The notes under the pieces are model-generated. The model was not told the origin of the DNA. It made no database searches and saw nothing but the letters and a program-made list of their open reading frames with translations. A stretch of DNA of 64,000 nt from an uncultured Gammaproteobacteria bacterium (GTDB lineage Bacteria; Patescibacteriota; Microgenomatia; Levybacterales; UBA12049): NCBI GenBank assembly GCA_964553245.1, contig CAZKJM010000001.1:362667-426666 (forward strand), in the 5' to 3' direction. The first letter of the stretch is position 1. Every line of letters starts with the position of its first letter. Positions 1 to 10,947 of the stretch are shown here, piece after piece. The translations under genes were made by a program, and so were the position numbers.

Positions 1-556
1 TTAAAAATAATATAAAAGCTTTTTCAGAAAAATTAATACTTATAAGAAATGAAAACGTGGAAAAAATGTAAAATAATTTATTCTTTTTGGAAAGTATAAA
101 AAATAAAAATGATAAAAAAAAGAAAAAAGAATACATAATATAACCTGCACCTGAAATCCATACAATTGATTCCGATAGGATCGGATGAATTACAAAAATT
201 GTTGTAGCAAAAATTGCCGTTTTTTTATTAATTAAAATAGAAAAAATAATAAAAATTAAAACCGAGGATAAAAAATGAGTAAATATATTTACAAATCTAA
301 AAACTGCTGGATTTAATCCTGATATCTTATTTCTTAAATAAAAATCTATTCTATTTAAGGAAAAATCTTCTCTAACATATTCAAAGCTTGAAATATTTTG
401 ATTAACTATGCCACCTATATCATCGGAAATAAAATCATTATTAACAGAATTGATATAGGTAAAAAAAACTAAGCAAGCAAAAACCATTACCCAAACAAAA
501 TTTTCTTTAAAAAATTTTACAAAAGAAAAATTATTTATATTTAGATCCCTATTCAT
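1..556 (-). CDS. Partial (start only, runs off window) polytopic membrane protein, possibly GT-C type glycosyltransferase-like
   Basis: Reverse-strand ORF open from ATG (rc of 554-556) to position 1 by manual translation: MNRDLNINNFSFVKFF...VNNDFISDDIGG...several hydrophobic helices; overlaps stop of upstream MTase gene by 8 nt. Family assignment is weak pattern recall. Confidence 0.35.
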   Translation of the reverse strand, partial: MNRDLNINNFSFVKFFKENFVWVMVFACLVFFTYINSVNNDFISDDIGGIVNQNISSFEYVREDFSLNRIDFYLRNKISGLNPAVFRFVNIFTHFLSSVLIFIIFSILINKKTAIFATTIFVIHPILSESIVWISGAGYIMYSFFFFLSFLFFILSKKNKLFYIFSTFSFLISINFSEKAFILFL

Positions 557-1079
557 TTTTTATTTTGTGAATATATATCTTATTTTCTTGATCATATTTT
601 ATAAGTGGTAATTCCATCTTGTATTTATAGCTTATTATTTTTGTATTAGGTTTTAATTCTTTTACTAATTTTGGGATTATTTTTTTAAGGACCCTTGGAA
701 CCAGATACATGGAAATTATTGTTGCGCCTGATAAATCTTCTTTAAAAAAATTTTCCTTTTTTACTTTTATTTTTTTAGATAAATTATTAAAACATACTCT
801 TGTCTTGCTAATTAAAAATCTAGCCGGATCAATTTCTATCCCGATACACCTTGCTCCATATTCTTTTGAAGCAACAATAACTAAACTGCCATCACCGCAA
901 CCAAGATCATAAACAATATCTTTAGAAGTAACTTCAGCCAATTTACAGATTTTCCTAGCGGTTTTTTTACTTGTTCTCCACCAAGGAGACCATGGGCTAT
1001 CAGGCGGCCAAGTCATAGAAAGAAGAATAAGCAAAAAAATTAAAATTATTACTACTATTGAATTAATTATTATTAACAT
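549..1079 (-). CDS. Class I SAM-dependent methyltransferase with N-terminal TM helix
   Basis: Motif I DLGCGDGSLVIVASK, followed by acidic motif GIEIDP; N-terminal hydrophobic stretch. Confidence 0.55.
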   Translation of the reverse strand: MLIIINSIVVIILIFLLILLSMTWPPDSPWSPWWRTSKKTARKICKLAEVTSKDIVYDLGCGDGSLVIVASKEYGARCIGIEIDPARFLISKTRVCFNNLSKKIKVKKENFFKEDLSGATIISMYLVPRVLKKIIPKLVKELKPNTKIISYKYKMELPLIKYDQENKIYIHKIKNE

Positions 1080-1121
1080 CGTCCTGTTTTAATTATATAT
1101 TTCAAAAAATACAATCAAAGA

Positions 1122-2153
1122 TTGTCTTTTAACTTAGCTTCTGCTAAGATTTTATTGACTATGAATAATTCATTCTTAAAATATATCTGGCAAAATCATT
1201 TTTTAGCATCGATTATTATAGTTCTTTTTGGTTATTTTATATTCCTTATTAAGGATATTCTAATTTTAGCATTTATTTCTTTTATTATTATGGCCACTCT
1301 TTCTCCTGCGGTAAAGTTTCTTAAATCAAAAAGGATTCCCAATATGGTTTCTGTTATACTATCTTACTTTTCTGCCTTAGGAATATTATTATTGATAATT
1401 TTTCCTTTAGTTCCTTTCTTCGTATCTCAAATGCAATCCTTGTTTAATAGCCTTCCAAAATATGTGGATCAAGTGGCTTTATTATTTAAACTACCTACCT
1501 CAAGTCAGCAAATAAACTCTTTTTTAGCAACGGAAGTAAATATTATAAGTAAAAATGCATTCACTGTAACCAGCAGACTATTTGGAGGATTCTTCTCTAC
1601 GCTTACGGTTTTTGTAATCAGTTTTTATATGCTATTGGATAAACAAAGGGTTCAAAATGGAATAATATCATTGTTTCCTAAAAACAACCAAAAGAAAGCA
1701 ATGGAAACATTAATTCAGGTTGAAGAAAAGCTTGGAGCCTGGTTTAGGGGACAAGTCATCCTTTGCTTCTCTATTGGATTCTTAACGTGGCTTACGTTAA
1801 CTATTTTGGGTTTGAATTTTGCACTTCCTCTAGCAGTTGTTGCGGGATTACTGGAAATAATACCAACGATTGGACCAATAATTTCGTCTATACCGGCAAT
1901 AATTGTTGCGTTAACAATTTCGCCAACAATGGCAATAATTGTTGCACTTTCCTACATTGTAATACAGGCGCTGGAAAACAACCTACTGGTTCCGAAGATT
2001 ATGCAGAAAGCAGTCGGATTAAATCCGATATTAATTATACTCGCGGTAATAACAGGAAGCAGAGTTATTGGCATCATTGGAGCTCTTCTTGCGATTCCAT
2101 TTATCTCAATGTTAATTATAGTATTTAGAGGAATTAAGTCTTCTTCAAATTAA
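1122..2153 (+). CDS. AI-2E family transporter (PerM/UPF0118)
   Basis: 8-TM-like hydropathy, conserved LLEIIPTIGPIISSIPAIIVAL segment typical of AI-2E family. Confidence 0.65.
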   Translation: MSFNLASAKILLTMNNSFLKYIWQNHFLASIIIVLFGYFIFLIKDILILAFISFIIMATLSPAVKFLKSKRIPNMVSVILSYFSALGILLLIIFPLVPFFVSQMQSLFNSLPKYVDQVALLFKLPTSSQQINSFLATEVNIISKNAFTVTSRLFGGFFSTLTVFVISFYMLLDKQRVQNGIISLFPKNNQKKAMETLIQVEEKLGAWFRGQVILCFSIGFLTWLTLTILGLNFALPLAVVAGLLEIIPTIGPIISSIPAIIVALTISPTMAIIVALSYIVIQALENNLLVPKIMQKAVGLNPILIILAVITGSRVIGIIGALLAIPFISMLIIVFRGIKSSSN

Positions 2154-2187
2154 CAATATTGCTTCTTAACCTCCACCGTGATATTAT

Positions 2188-2742
2188 TTGGTCAAATATA
2201 TGAACAAATATATTTTGCCCAGCGCAATAATTTTTGGTCTTGTAATCATTGTTATCTATTCAGAAATCAATAAAAACCCCAACCAAAGTAAGATAGATAC
2301 ATCAATTACTACTACCCAACCATCAAGTGTTGAAAAACTTAATTCTCTCTCAACGACATCTACTAATGCATCCGCTCCTTTACCCGCTGGAGAGGATATT
2401 ATTAAGACTTTTTTTTCTTTAATCAACGAAAAAAAACCAGCTAATGCAATTAGCATGATGACAACAGAAATGATAGGAGATGAATCATCAAAACAAGCCT
2501 GGGGAGTTCAATTTAATAATATTAATTCCGTTTCTTTAAAAGAGATTAATTCATATTCAAAAAGTGAATGGGTTGAAGGCGAACAAATTTACAAGGTTAT
2601 CTTAGATATAAAAATGGACCCCAAATCTGTAAGCGCAGCAATTCCTTATTACGGTTGGGAAAATGGAGAAAATACCAGGTGGATTGTTATAAAAAAAGAT
2701 GGTAATCTTTGGAAAATATCTTCGATAAACACCGGTCCTTAA
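2188..2742 (+). CDS. Hypothetical membrane-anchored/exported protein
   Basis: N-terminal TM/signal-like segment then Ser/Thr-rich linker and soluble domain; no recognised motif. Confidence 0.4.
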   Translation: MVKYMNKYILPSAIIFGLVIIVIYSEINKNPNQSKIDTSITTTQPSSVEKLNSLSTTSTNASAPLPAGEDIIKTFFSLINEKKPANAISMMTTEMIGDESSKQAWGVQFNNINSVSLKEINSYSKSEWVEGEQIYKVILDIKMDPKSVSAAIPYYGWENGENTRWIVIKKDGNLWKISSINTGP

Positions 2743-2824
2743 AGTAATTACTCAACTATCAAAATTGCTCATTTCTGCAATAAAAAATTATTATTGACTT
2801 TAAAAGAATGGATAAATATAAGTT

Positions 2825-3601
2825 TTATTTTTTAGGAAACCACGGCAAGAATATACTGGTTCTTTTTTTATATAAATCAAAATCCTTATTTCCAATATAT
2901 TTCTTTTCTAAAAGGGGAATTCCAGAAACTTTTAAAATTAGATATGTAATCAATATCGGCGACAGTATACTTAAATACCAATATTGAAATTCTAATGATA
3001 TTAAAAAAATCCCCCACCACATCGTTACTTCTCCGAAATAATTAGGATGCCTTGTGTATTTCCAAAGACCCTTTGTTATGATTTTACCTTTGTTTTGCGG
3101 ATTTCTTTTAAAAATATATAATTGCCAATCCCCAACTGCTTCGAAAAAATATCCCAATATCCAAATTAATACGCCTATAAAGCTAATAAAATTTAAGTCA
3201 ATATTATTTAATGAATTAGTAACAATAATGGGTAAAGATACAATAAATAGAAAAACTCCTTGTAGGATAAAAACTTGAAAATATGTTTTTAAGTAAAAAT
3301 TTTCCATCCATTCATTTCTCCATTTTTTATACCTAAAATCTTCTTTTTTATTTTTATTCCTAAGATAAATTTGAAATGCTAATCTTAGTCCCCATAAAAA
3401 AATCAACGTATTTAACAAAATTTGTTTTTGACCAAAATTTTTGTCTAAAAACAAAGTTAGTGTAGAAATAAAAATAAAACCAAGACCCCAAGCTATATCT
3501 GCAATGTCGTTTCTTTTCTTTAGAACAGAAATAAAAAAGAAAACATTCATATACAAAAACAGTCCTATAAAAGAGGTTAAAGCCAAATTAAGAAAATCCA
3601 T
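2825..3601 (-). CDS. DUF1295 / steroid 5-alpha-reductase-like membrane protein
   Basis: Polytopic; C-terminal motif [16 protein letters not shown] characteristic of DUF1295/ICMT-like superfamily. Confidence 0.5.
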   Translation of the reverse strand: MDFLNLALTSFIGLFLYMNVFFFISVLKKRNDIADIAWGLGFIFISTLTLFLDKNFGQKQILLNTLIFLWGLRLAFQIYLRNKNKKEDFRYKKWRNEWMENFYLKTYFQVFILQGVFLFIVSLPIIVTNSLNNIDLNFISFIGVLIWILGYFFEAVGDWQLYIFKRNPQNKGKIITKGLWKYTRHPNYFGEVTMWWGIFLISLEFQYWYLSILSPILITYLILKVSGIPLLEKKYIGNKDFDLYKKRTSIFLPWFPKK

Positions 3602-3996
3602 TATTTAAGCCAATTAGAAATAATTATTGCAATATAGCCAACTGTGCCACAAAGAAGTGTGCCCCAAATCATATCTATAATTGTCATTTTTAAAGACCAA
3701 TTAGCAAGAGTTGCAAGATTGGTAAGATCATAAACTCCGTAAGAAAGAAAACCAAAAATTCCTGCCCAAATAAATCCTTGCCATGGATCTGATGAGTTTC
3801 TTGATAACGAAAATACTACAATCCCTAAAACCAAAACCAAGTATACTGATATTGCCGCCGGCCAATTTAACGTTCTTTCAAACGAAGATAACTCTTGATC
3901 GTATATTTTTTTTGCTATTAAACCAAGCCAAATAAAATCGATTACTAAAAATATCGGCAAGGAAATTAAAAATACCTTTAAATAATGTACGAGCAT
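3601..3996 (-). CDS. DUF2177-like small membrane protein
   Basis: 131 aa, 4 predicted TM, N-terminal [27 protein letters not shown] pattern resembling DUF2177. Confidence 0.4.
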   Translation of the reverse strand: MLVHYLKVFLISLPIFLVIDFIWLGLIAKKIYDQELSSFERTLNWPAAISVYLVLVLGIVVFSLSRNSSDPWQGFIWAGIFGFLSYGVYDLTNLATLANWSLKMTIIDMIWGTLLCGTVGYIAIIISNWLK

Positions 3997-4002
3997 ACTT
4001 AC

Positions 4003-4560
4003 TTATTCTCCTATATTATTTGTTTTTAAATTATTCATCATTTGCTCTTGAAGTTTACTTAAATCAGTAAAAACTACTGTATCTGGTGGATTAAATATTG
4101 AGTCCGGAACAACAACTGACGAACACTTGTCTTTAAATTTTTCTAATTCAGCTATTATCTCATCTTTATTAGCTTGATCCGATAATTCTTGATTATTCTT
4201 TGCAGTCTTTTCATTTATTTCCATCACTATTCCGTCCTTTTCTCCCTCGCTCCAACTCCACATTTTGTTTTCTTTAAAAATAGCGTTACCTGTCTTTACA
4301 TTGCTTTTTGCCCCCTCCACCATTATTCTGACCTTGTCCCCTTTGATATAAGTTATTGTTTTTCCTTCATTGCCCTGATATTCACATTTTAAACTTAGGG
4401 ATTTTGACATTGCGTCCTTTATTGAAGTAAATAGGTCTTTTTTTGTAGTTTGATTATTTAAAAACTTGGTTTCTGAAGGAGTATTTTTACTAATAAAAAA
4501 ATATCCTCCTATTACTAATAAAACTAAAACGATAATTATTGCAGGTAGATATTTTTTCAT
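4003..4560 (-). CDS. Hypothetical membrane-anchored protein
   Basis: Single N-terminal TM, Lys/Glu-rich soluble domain. Confidence 0.4.
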   Translation of the reverse strand: MKKYLPAIIIVLVLLVIGGYFFISKNTPSETKFLNNQTTKKDLFTSIKDAMSKSLSLKCEYQGNEGKTITYIKGDKVRIMVEGAKSNVKTGNAIFKENKMWSWSEGEKDGIVMEINEKTAKNNQELSDQANKDEIIAELEKFKDKCSSVVVPDSIFNPPDTVVFTDLSKLQEQMMNNLKTNNIGE

Positions 4561-4644
4561 TTATGTTTTCCAATATTAAGTATACTACTTATTGTCAACA
4601 TTTGCTGGTTTGTTTTTTAAAAAAAATTATGCAATATTTTAAAA

Positions 4645-5001
4645 ATGATTTATAATAATACTATGGAAACTAAGCCACGCAGGAAAATGACAACTCCATT
4701 TGGTAAATATTTTAAATATTTGGATAAAATTGATAAATCGCCTAAGAAAGAGGAGTTTGGTTCAATGCTTATTCTTACTTTAGTTGAGGAGATTGGAGAA
4801 ATGTCCAGAGCTTATCTTGCAAAGCATGGCAGAAAACCATCAAATATCGCTGCTCAAAAAGACGAAACATACGAACAGGAACTAGGAGACATACTGGTGT
4901 CTATTATTAGATTTGCAAAAATTAAAAATATTGATCTTCATAAAAGAATAATGTACTCTTTAAGAAAAATAAAAAGAAGAAAAAATAAGCCTAAGATATG
5001 A
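4645..5001 (+). CDS. MazG-like nucleotide pyrophosphohydrolase domain protein
   Basis: LILTLVEEIGEMSRAY ... ELGDILVSIIRFA pattern (EEXXE/ D motifs) of MazG/NTP-PPase all-alpha family. Confidence 0.5.
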   Translation: MIYNNTMETKPRRKMTTPFGKYFKYLDKIDKSPKKEEFGSMLILTLVEEIGEMSRAYLAKHGRKPSNIAAQKDETYEQELGDILVSIIRFAKIKNIDLHKRIMYSLRKIKRRKNKPKI

Positions 5002-5006
5002 TGAAA

Positions 5007-6053
5007 TTACTTTCTTGTTGTTATTAGAAAATCTTCTTCAAGTTTTGAATTTTCCAAGACATTTAAATGTCCTAACTCTGCTTCTAAAACATAAATAATC
5101 TCTTTTTTAAGGTCTTCGTCTATATCCTGTTTATATTCAAGAATTGAGTCCCCCGTTTCTGTATCGTCTGCGTTGCCTGTCTCTAAATTTTCTTCCCTAA
5201 AGCCTTCATTTATTAACAATTTTTTAATCTCTCCCGCTTGTCCAGAAATCCCCGATCCGTTTAAAATAGTTATCTTTACGCTTTCTTTTTCTTTGGGTTT
5301 TATCTCCTTTTTAAGCTGTAGCGTAGTTGTCGTACTTACCACCTTTACCTTATTATTTAGCTTATTTAAATTTTGATTTGAAAGAATAATTAAAACAACC
5401 CCTGTTATTATAAACAGCAATGTAATGATTAAAGCAAAACATACCAAGTACTGTTCTTTTTTCCTAGCTTTTTTAGCTTGATAATCGTCTTTATTAATCT
5501 TTAGCCCTATCTCCTTTTCCTTTAAAAGTAATAAATTATTATTTAAAATTTTTTTGTTTTTTATAATTTTTTTATAATTTTCTCTGTCTAATCCGTTTGT
5601 TAAACTACCATAAACTGACGCAGGTAAAACAGAAATTACGTTCCAGTCAATATTTTCCAAAATTCTTACTAAGCTTTCGTATAAGTTTTTATTAACAATA
5701 ATTATATGAAAAACTTCTTTTTCTTCTAACTTTAATAAGGTGGTCTTTTCTGGCGAAAAACCAATACTTTCTTTAAATAGGTCTAATTCTTTTTCGTAAT
5801 CTTCGGACTCTTTTTTTGAAATTATTTTTTCGGATACTAATTCATCCGCTAATAAAATTAGGGATTTTTGTATTTTAAAATCTATTTTATTAATGAATCC
5901 TATTACTTCTTCTTTAAACTTATCCTGATTTAACACTTGCTTATCTTTAATTACTTCCGTTGAAAATTCATAATAAGCAGAGCCTTTGGGGACTACAATC
6001 TCTAGTGATTTTTCTCTTAAATAAAATATTGCTGTTTTATTTTGGGCAAACAT
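5007..6053 (-). CDS. Membrane protein with C-terminal LytR_C (LytR/CpsA/Psr C-terminal) domain
   Basis: Central TM (LVCFALIITLLFIITGVVLIIL) and C-terminal VKITILNGSGISGQAGEIKKLLINEGF typical LytR_C. Confidence 0.45.
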   Translation of the reverse strand: MFAQNKTAIFYLREKSLEIVVPKGSAYYEFSTEVIKDKQVLNQDKFKEEVIGFINKIDFKIQKSLILLADELVSEKIISKKESEDYEKELDLFKESIGFSPEKTTLLKLEEKEVFHIIIVNKNLYESLVRILENIDWNVISVLPASVYGSLTNGLDRENYKKIIKNKKILNNNLLLLKEKEIGLKINKDDYQAKKARKKEQYLVCFALIITLLFIITGVVLIILSNQNLNKLNNKVKVVSTTTTLQLKKEIKPKEKESVKITILNGSGISGQAGEIKKLLINEGFREENLETGNADDTETGDSILEYKQDIDEDLKKEIIYVLEAELGHLNVLENSKLEEDFLITTRK

Positions 6054-6099
6054 AAAACTTTATTCTATTATAGTATAGCAGTTTAATATGTGATACGAT

Positions 6100-6591
6100 T
6101 TACGAAATAATTTTAAAGTCGATAACACTTTCGTTTTCATCAAATAAAAACCACGCGTTAATTTTTTGACCGGATAAAACCTTCGGTAGCCAATACATAT
6201 CGTCGTGCCACATTTTCTTAAAAGGCAATCTGCTTACAGAAAACCACCTTGGTCTCATTTCATCTGTTTCAATTGGTTCATTTTTCCACTTGCTACATAT
6301 AAAAATAATTACTCTTTGATTAAATTCGGGGTTGTTTTTAAAATAAAAATCAATCTTTCCCATTCTCTTTATGTTTTTTACGCTTATGCCAACTTCCTCT
6401 TTAATTTCTCTTATTGCCGCTTTTTTTATAGTTTCCTTTTCTTGAGGTTTGCCGCCAATTCCATTCCATTTTCCTTTTCCGAATCCTCTCTTCTTAAATC
6501 CCAACAAAACCTTATCCTTGTTTAGTAAAAAACAAAGAGTAACTTTTCTTAATTTTTTATTTTTCTCATTCAAAAACGTCTTTTTTACCAT
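6100..6591 (-). CDS. NUDIX hydrolase (MutT-like)
   Basis: Nudix box GGKPQEKETIKKAAIREIKEEVGI (GX5EX7REUXEEXGU). Confidence 0.65.
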   Translation of the reverse strand: MVKKTFLNEKNKKLRKVTLCFLLNKDKVLLGFKKRGFGKGKWNGIGGKPQEKETIKKAAIREIKEEVGISVKNIKRMGKIDFYFKNNPEFNQRVIIFICSKWKNEPIETDEMRPRWFSVSRLPFKKMWHDDMYWLPKVLSGQKINAWFLFDENESVIDFKIIS

Positions 6592-6598
6592 AATACAT

Positions 6599-7759
6599 TC
6601 ACTCTCTACTTAAAACTCCTCTCAAATAAAACGAAAGTAAAAGAATAATAAAGGCTGATATCAAAAAGGGTGAACTTCGACCGGATAATTCATATAATTT
6701 TCCGCCTGCAATTGGACCTATTACCCTTCCTATGCTCCCCGCAGATTGCAAGATACCAAGAGCTTCTCCATACTCTTCTTTTTTAACACTTTTTGACGCC
6801 ATTGATTGGAGAACCGGTCCTAAAATGCCGTTGCCGATTGCTAAAAACAACAGGGCAAAACCGATTAATAAATAACTTTTTCCTATAGGTAGAATCAATA
6901 AGCCCAAGCTAAAAACAGGAAGTGCATTTAAAAGAATTTTTCTTTCGGAAAGTTTCCTTGATATTATTGGCAATATTTTTAATTGTGTAAAAACCGCGAT
7001 AATTCCTATATAAGCGAATAAGTAACCGTTTTCGCTTGGACCAAAAGAATATGTTTCCTTTGCCCACAAAGCAAAAACTCCTTGAAACAAAGAAAACGCA
7101 AGGCTTATAACCAAAAATGTGATTATAAAATAAGAAAATGGCTTTATTTTAAGTTCATTTATTATTCTAAAAAAAGATATCTTTAATTTTTGGCTTTTTA
7201 CCGTTTTTTTAAGATCTATTGTTTCCTCTAAAACAACTGCTGTTAAGATTGTTGTTAATAACGATATTGCTGCTGCAAAAAAGGCAGGAGCCCAAAATCC
7301 GTACTTTGCCAAAACTCCACCAACAGCCGGACCAAAAATAAATCCTAAACCAAAAGCTGCTCCAAGCACGCTCATTCCTTTAGTTCTTTCCTCTTTTTTA
7401 GTAATATCAGAAATGTAAGCTTGCGCTATAGAAATATTTCCTCCAGTAATACCGTCTATAACTCTTGAAAGAAAGACTATCCAAAGATTTGTGCTTAAAC
7501 CGAGGATAACAAAACCGATAGTGCTTCCTACTTGGGATATAATTAGTAATTTTTTTCTTCCATATTTATCAGATAATTGCCCTAATATCGGAGTCGAGAA
7601 AAACTGCACCAGAGAATAAGATGATGCTAAAGCCCCAATTTCAAATGCTCCTCCTCCAAATTTTTCTGCAATAAACGGCAAAAGCGGCAGAATAAGACCA
7701 AAGCCAAAAAGACTCATAAAAACTATCAAGAAAATTGCCACGAGTGGTTTTTTATGCAT
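6599..7759 (-). CDS. MFS transporter
   Basis: 12-TM pattern, MFS signature-like GQLSDKYGRKK loop between TM2-3. Confidence 0.65.
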   Translation of the reverse strand: MHKKPLVAIFLIVFMSLFGFGLILPLLPFIAEKFGGGAFEIGALASSYSLVQFFSTPILGQLSDKYGRKKLLIISQVGSTIGFVILGLSTNLWIVFLSRVIDGITGGNISIAQAYISDITKKEERTKGMSVLGAAFGLGFIFGPAVGGVLAKYGFWAPAFFAAAISLLTTILTAVVLEETIDLKKTVKSQKLKISFFRIINELKIKPFSYFIITFLVISLAFSLFQGVFALWAKETYSFGPSENGYLFAYIGIIAVFTQLKILPIISRKLSERKILLNALPVFSLGLLILPIGKSYLLIGFALLFLAIGNGILGPVLQSMASKSVKKEEYGEALGILQSAGSIGRVIGPIAGGKLYELSGRSSPFLISAFIILLLSFYLRGVLSRE

Positions 7760-7858
7760 AAAGAATTATTTTAACATATTATTTTTTATTTAATTGACAT
7801 TATCCCGCTATTTATATATAAAAAGTTTATCTATTGTTAAGAGTGTTTTTTAACACTT

Positions 7859-9631
7859 ATGAAGATATTTTCTTTAAGAAAAAAGAAGTGGATTGTCTAT
7901 GTAATTTTTTTGCTCATCTTTTTTTATCTCTCTTGTTTTATAACCTACCCGTTAATTTTTAATTTGGGTCGCCTTTCGACAGGGTTTGCGGATGAATTAC
8001 TAATAGCATGGATTCAAAACTGGAATATTCATACATTTTTAAACCACCCATCAAATATTCTTGGCATCTTTAACACAAACTCTTTCTACCCTTATTTGAA
8101 CACTCTTGCGTATTCTGAAACATTTTTAACCTCGAGTATATTATCTTTAGTACCAATAATTTTTATTAAAGAACCTATTGCTGCCAATAATTTTACTATC
8201 ATTTCTTCTTTAACACTGCTCGGATTTTTTTCTTACATATTATCTTTTTATATAACAAAAAAGCATCTTTTTTCTTTTTTATCCGGTATTCTAATACAAT
8301 TTTCCCCAGCAATACTTGATAAAATTGTACATATTCAAGTATTAACAGTTTACTTTTTTCCGTTGTCAATTTATTTTTTATTAAATTTTTTAAAAACAAA
8401 AAAATATATTTATTATTTATTATTTCTTCTTATTTTATTGGCTCAAATTTACAATAGTTTTTTACCCGGCTACTATATAATTTTTTCCTCTCTGTTAATA
8501 ATTTTGTTTTTTATATTAAAAGACAAAAAAAGAATAAAATTATTTATTTCTAAAAAAATTATTTTTTCTTCTTTAATCTTGGTTCTTTTAATACTACCTG
8601 TAATTACTCCCTATTACTTCGTATCGAGTGAATTCAAATACACAAGAGACCTAAGAGATTCTATTCACCTTGCTCTTCAACCCGAAGATCTTATATCCAC
8701 TAACTCATACAGTAAATTTAACAACATATTTTCAACTTTCTTTTTTAACAAATGTTCCTCTTCTAAATGCGATATAAAACCTGGTTTTATTGGTGGAATA
8801 TTTTCAATTCTTTCTGTTTTTTCAATTTTTTATCTAATTAAAAATTGGAAAAAAGAAGATCATACCATAAAAGGATTAACCGCTTCTGCTATCTTGGGAA
8901 TTATATTATCTCTTGGTCCATTTTTGCATTTATTTAGAGCTACTATACACAAACCTTTCCCAATTCCCCTTCCGTATTCTTTATTTTATTTTCTATTTCC
9001 CGGATTTAATGGCTTTCGTAATTCTTCTCGATTTGAGATATTATTTATACTTACGATAGCAATCTTAATCGCTTATGTGTTAAAAAATTTCTTTAAAAAA
9101 ACAAATAAAATAAAACTAGGAATTATTTCTGCTGTTCTTATCCTTGGAATTATTTATGAATTTAATTTTCCAATTAACTTTTATCCGATTTTACAAAAGA
9201 AAGATTTTCCAAAAGTATATACTTGGTTAGATAAAACTCCTAAGGAAACAGTGATAATTGAAATGCCGATTTTTACCTGGAATATGCAGCCTTATGTATT
9301 TAATGAAAATTGGCGACTTTATTATTCAACCGTGCATTTTAGAAATATGATTAATGGCGCAAGCGGTTTTTCCCCTTTCCCATGGCAAGATTTTGTAATT
9401 AAAGTGTTAAGAGAATTTCCGTCTAATAATTCTATTCTTGAATTAAAAAAAAGAAGGGTAGATTTAATAATTTTCCACAAAGAAGAATACGATAATCTTA
9501 ATAAAAATAATTTTTCTTTATCCGGAAAAAAAATCGATAACGGTAAAACTTTGTTTGATGTTTTAATAAAAAATCCAAACTTGAAATTAATCAAGGTTTT
9601 TAATCAGGACTATGTTTTTAGAATTAAATAA
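7859..9631 (+). CDS. Large polytopic membrane protein (possible GT-C/YfhO-like)
   Basis: 590 aa, >10 hydrophobic helices with large C-terminal soluble part; no specific motif recognised. Confidence 0.4.
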   Translation: MKIFSLRKKKWIVYVIFLLIFFYLSCFITYPLIFNLGRLSTGFADELLIAWIQNWNIHTFLNHPSNILGIFNTNSFYPYLNTLAYSETFLTSSILSLVPIIFIKEPIAANNFTIISSLTLLGFFSYILSFYITKKHLFSFLSGILIQFSPAILDKIVHIQVLTVYFFPLSIYFLLNFLKTKKYIYYLLFLLILLAQIYNSFLPGYYIIFSSLLIILFFILKDKKRIKLFISKKIIFSSLILVLLILPVITPYYFVSSEFKYTRDLRDSIHLALQPEDLISTNSYSKFNNIFSTFFFNKCSSSKCDIKPGFIGGIFSILSVFSIFYLIKNWKKEDHTIKGLTASAILGIILSLGPFLHLFRATIHKPFPIPLPYSLFYFLFPGFNGFRNSSRFEILFILTIAILIAYVLKNFFKKTNKIKLGIISAVLILGIIYEFNFPINFYPILQKKDFPKVYTWLDKTPKETVIIEMPIFTWNMQPYVFNENWRLYYSTVHFRNMINGASGFSPFPWQDFVIKVLREFPSNNSILELKKRRVDLIIFHKEEYDNLNKNNFSLSGKKIDNGKTLFDVLIKNPNLKLIKVFNQDYVFRIK

Positions 9632-9632
9632 A

Positions 9633-10139
9633 TTAATTTAGGATTACTATGAATAGATTTAAAAAAGAGGCAAAGCTAACCCAAAGTATATAAGGCAACA
9701 ACAAATAAGCCGATATTTTCGATATCTTATAAAATTTAATAATCGTTAACAAGATTGCTCCCCAAAGTATTATTATTTCAAAAAAAGCTAATAATGGATT
9801 TTGAAATCCAAAAAATAAAAACGACCATATTAAATTTAGCCCTAATTGTATTAAAAAAACTTGAATAGCCATTTTATTTTCTTTATTTTTAAAACCTTTT
9901 TTCCAAATTAAATACAAAGAAATTCCCATTAAAACATAGAGCGTTGTCCATACCGGAGCAAAAATCCAGTTTGGGGGATTAAAAGAAGGTTTATTTAATG
10001 TTGAGTACCAAGTTGGAATAGCAGGAGTTGTTGCAATAGAACCTAAAAAACCAATCGCCAAACAACCCACTGTCGAAATTAATAATTTAGAAAAATTGTT
10101 CATCTTAATAATTGTAGTCGACTTTTTTAAATTTATCAA
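9633..10139 (-). CDS. tspO: TspO/MBR family tryptophan-rich sensory protein
   Basis: 5 TM, WYSTLNKPSFNPPNWIFAPVWTTLYVLMG signature of TspO/MBR. Confidence 0.6.
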   Translation of the reverse strand: MINLKKSTTIIKMNNFSKLLISTVGCLAIGFLGSIATTPAIPTWYSTLNKPSFNPPNWIFAPVWTTLYVLMGISLYLIWKKGFKNKENKMAIQVFLIQLGLNLIWSFLFFGFQNPLLAFFEIIILWGAILLTIIKFYKISKISAYLLLPYILWVSFASFLNLFIVILN

Positions 10140-10642
10140 ATTTTTCTACTGTCATATGCCCAATGAAGAAGTGCTTGTCTTTGTTTTTTTCGGCAACTTA
10201 AATCACCTTTTTTACAGTGTATTTTTATTTGTGCTATATGTCTTTTCATTGCCTTCCAGCGCATAATTTGCCTTTCATCGTCCGCAGTTCTTCTTCCAAT
10301 ATAATACCTACAATACCACTGAAACCAACCTCTTGGGTCTTGCTGATTTATCCAGCCTTTTTTCTGCCAATAAATTAATGGTTTTGAAGCGTCAACTTTA
10401 AAATAATTTAAAGAAGGGTTTTTTTTAAGAGGGGACAACTTTACATTTTTAAACCATTCTTTTGGAAATTCTTTTCTCGTATCGGTCATATATTTACCGC
10501 CAAAGACTCCAAGCTCCAACATTTGTTTAGGCGTTAAATTAGGTTTAAATTCAGGATCAAAGTTTTTTCCAACCGGTTCACTTAGTACATAACGATAATC
10601 TTTTTGCATTTTATCGCTTACTACAATTATTTTCTTTTTCAT
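10136..10642 (-). CDS. Conserved hypothetical cytoplasmic protein, Trp/Cys-rich C-terminus
   Basis: 168 aa, 4-nt overlap with tspO; motifs GWFQWYCRYYIGRR and HCKKGDLSCRKK; family not recognised. Confidence 0.35.
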   Translation of the reverse strand: MKKKIIVVSDKMQKDYRYVLSEPVGKNFDPEFKPNLTPKQMLELGVFGGKYMTDTRKEFPKEWFKNVKLSPLKKNPSLNYFKVDASKPLIYWQKKGWINQQDPRGWFQWYCRYYIGRRTADDERQIMRWKAMKRHIAQIKIHCKKGDLSCRKKQRQALLHWAYDSRKI

Positions 10643-10655
10643 TTAATAAAAGAAG

Positions 10656-10886
10656 TTAAAGTTCGTATCCGCCTGCCGGCGGCTCCTCGGATTCTGTTAC
10701 GGCATAATAAACTTCGTTTGTATCAATCTCTACTCCATCATCAAAATCATACTCTTTATGATCTTCGTTATATTCTATAAGGTGTTTTTTAATCCCGTGG
10801 TACAAGGTTTTGGAGGCAGCCTCTTTACTTGTGTTAAAAGTATAAAAAACTTTAGTGCAGTATGAACACTTATGTGAATAGTACAT
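10656..10886 (-). CDS. Small hypothetical protein with CxxC...H motifs (possible zinc ribbon)
   Basis: 76 aa ORF, HKCSYCTKVF ... acidic tail. Confidence 0.3.
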   Translation of the reverse strand: MYYSHKCSYCTKVFYTFNTSKEAASKTLYHGIKKHLIEYNEDHKEYDFDDGVEIDTNEVYYAVTESEEPPAGGYEL

Positions 10887-10947
10887 ATTTATTAATGTCT
10901 ATTATAATATAACCTTACAAATGATAAAATAAAACAAAGGAGGAATT

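Noticed and set aside
709-912. Numerous short ORFs in the six-frame track overlapping longer genes on the opposite strand or in alternative frames (e.g. 709-912, 1763-2128, 2256-2456, 14416-14829, 22982-23420, 25839-26186, 39676-39909, 60443-60983)
   Set aside because: They are embedded in well-supported genes, have low-complexity or odd composition and no start context; these are typical spurious AT-rich-genome ORFs.
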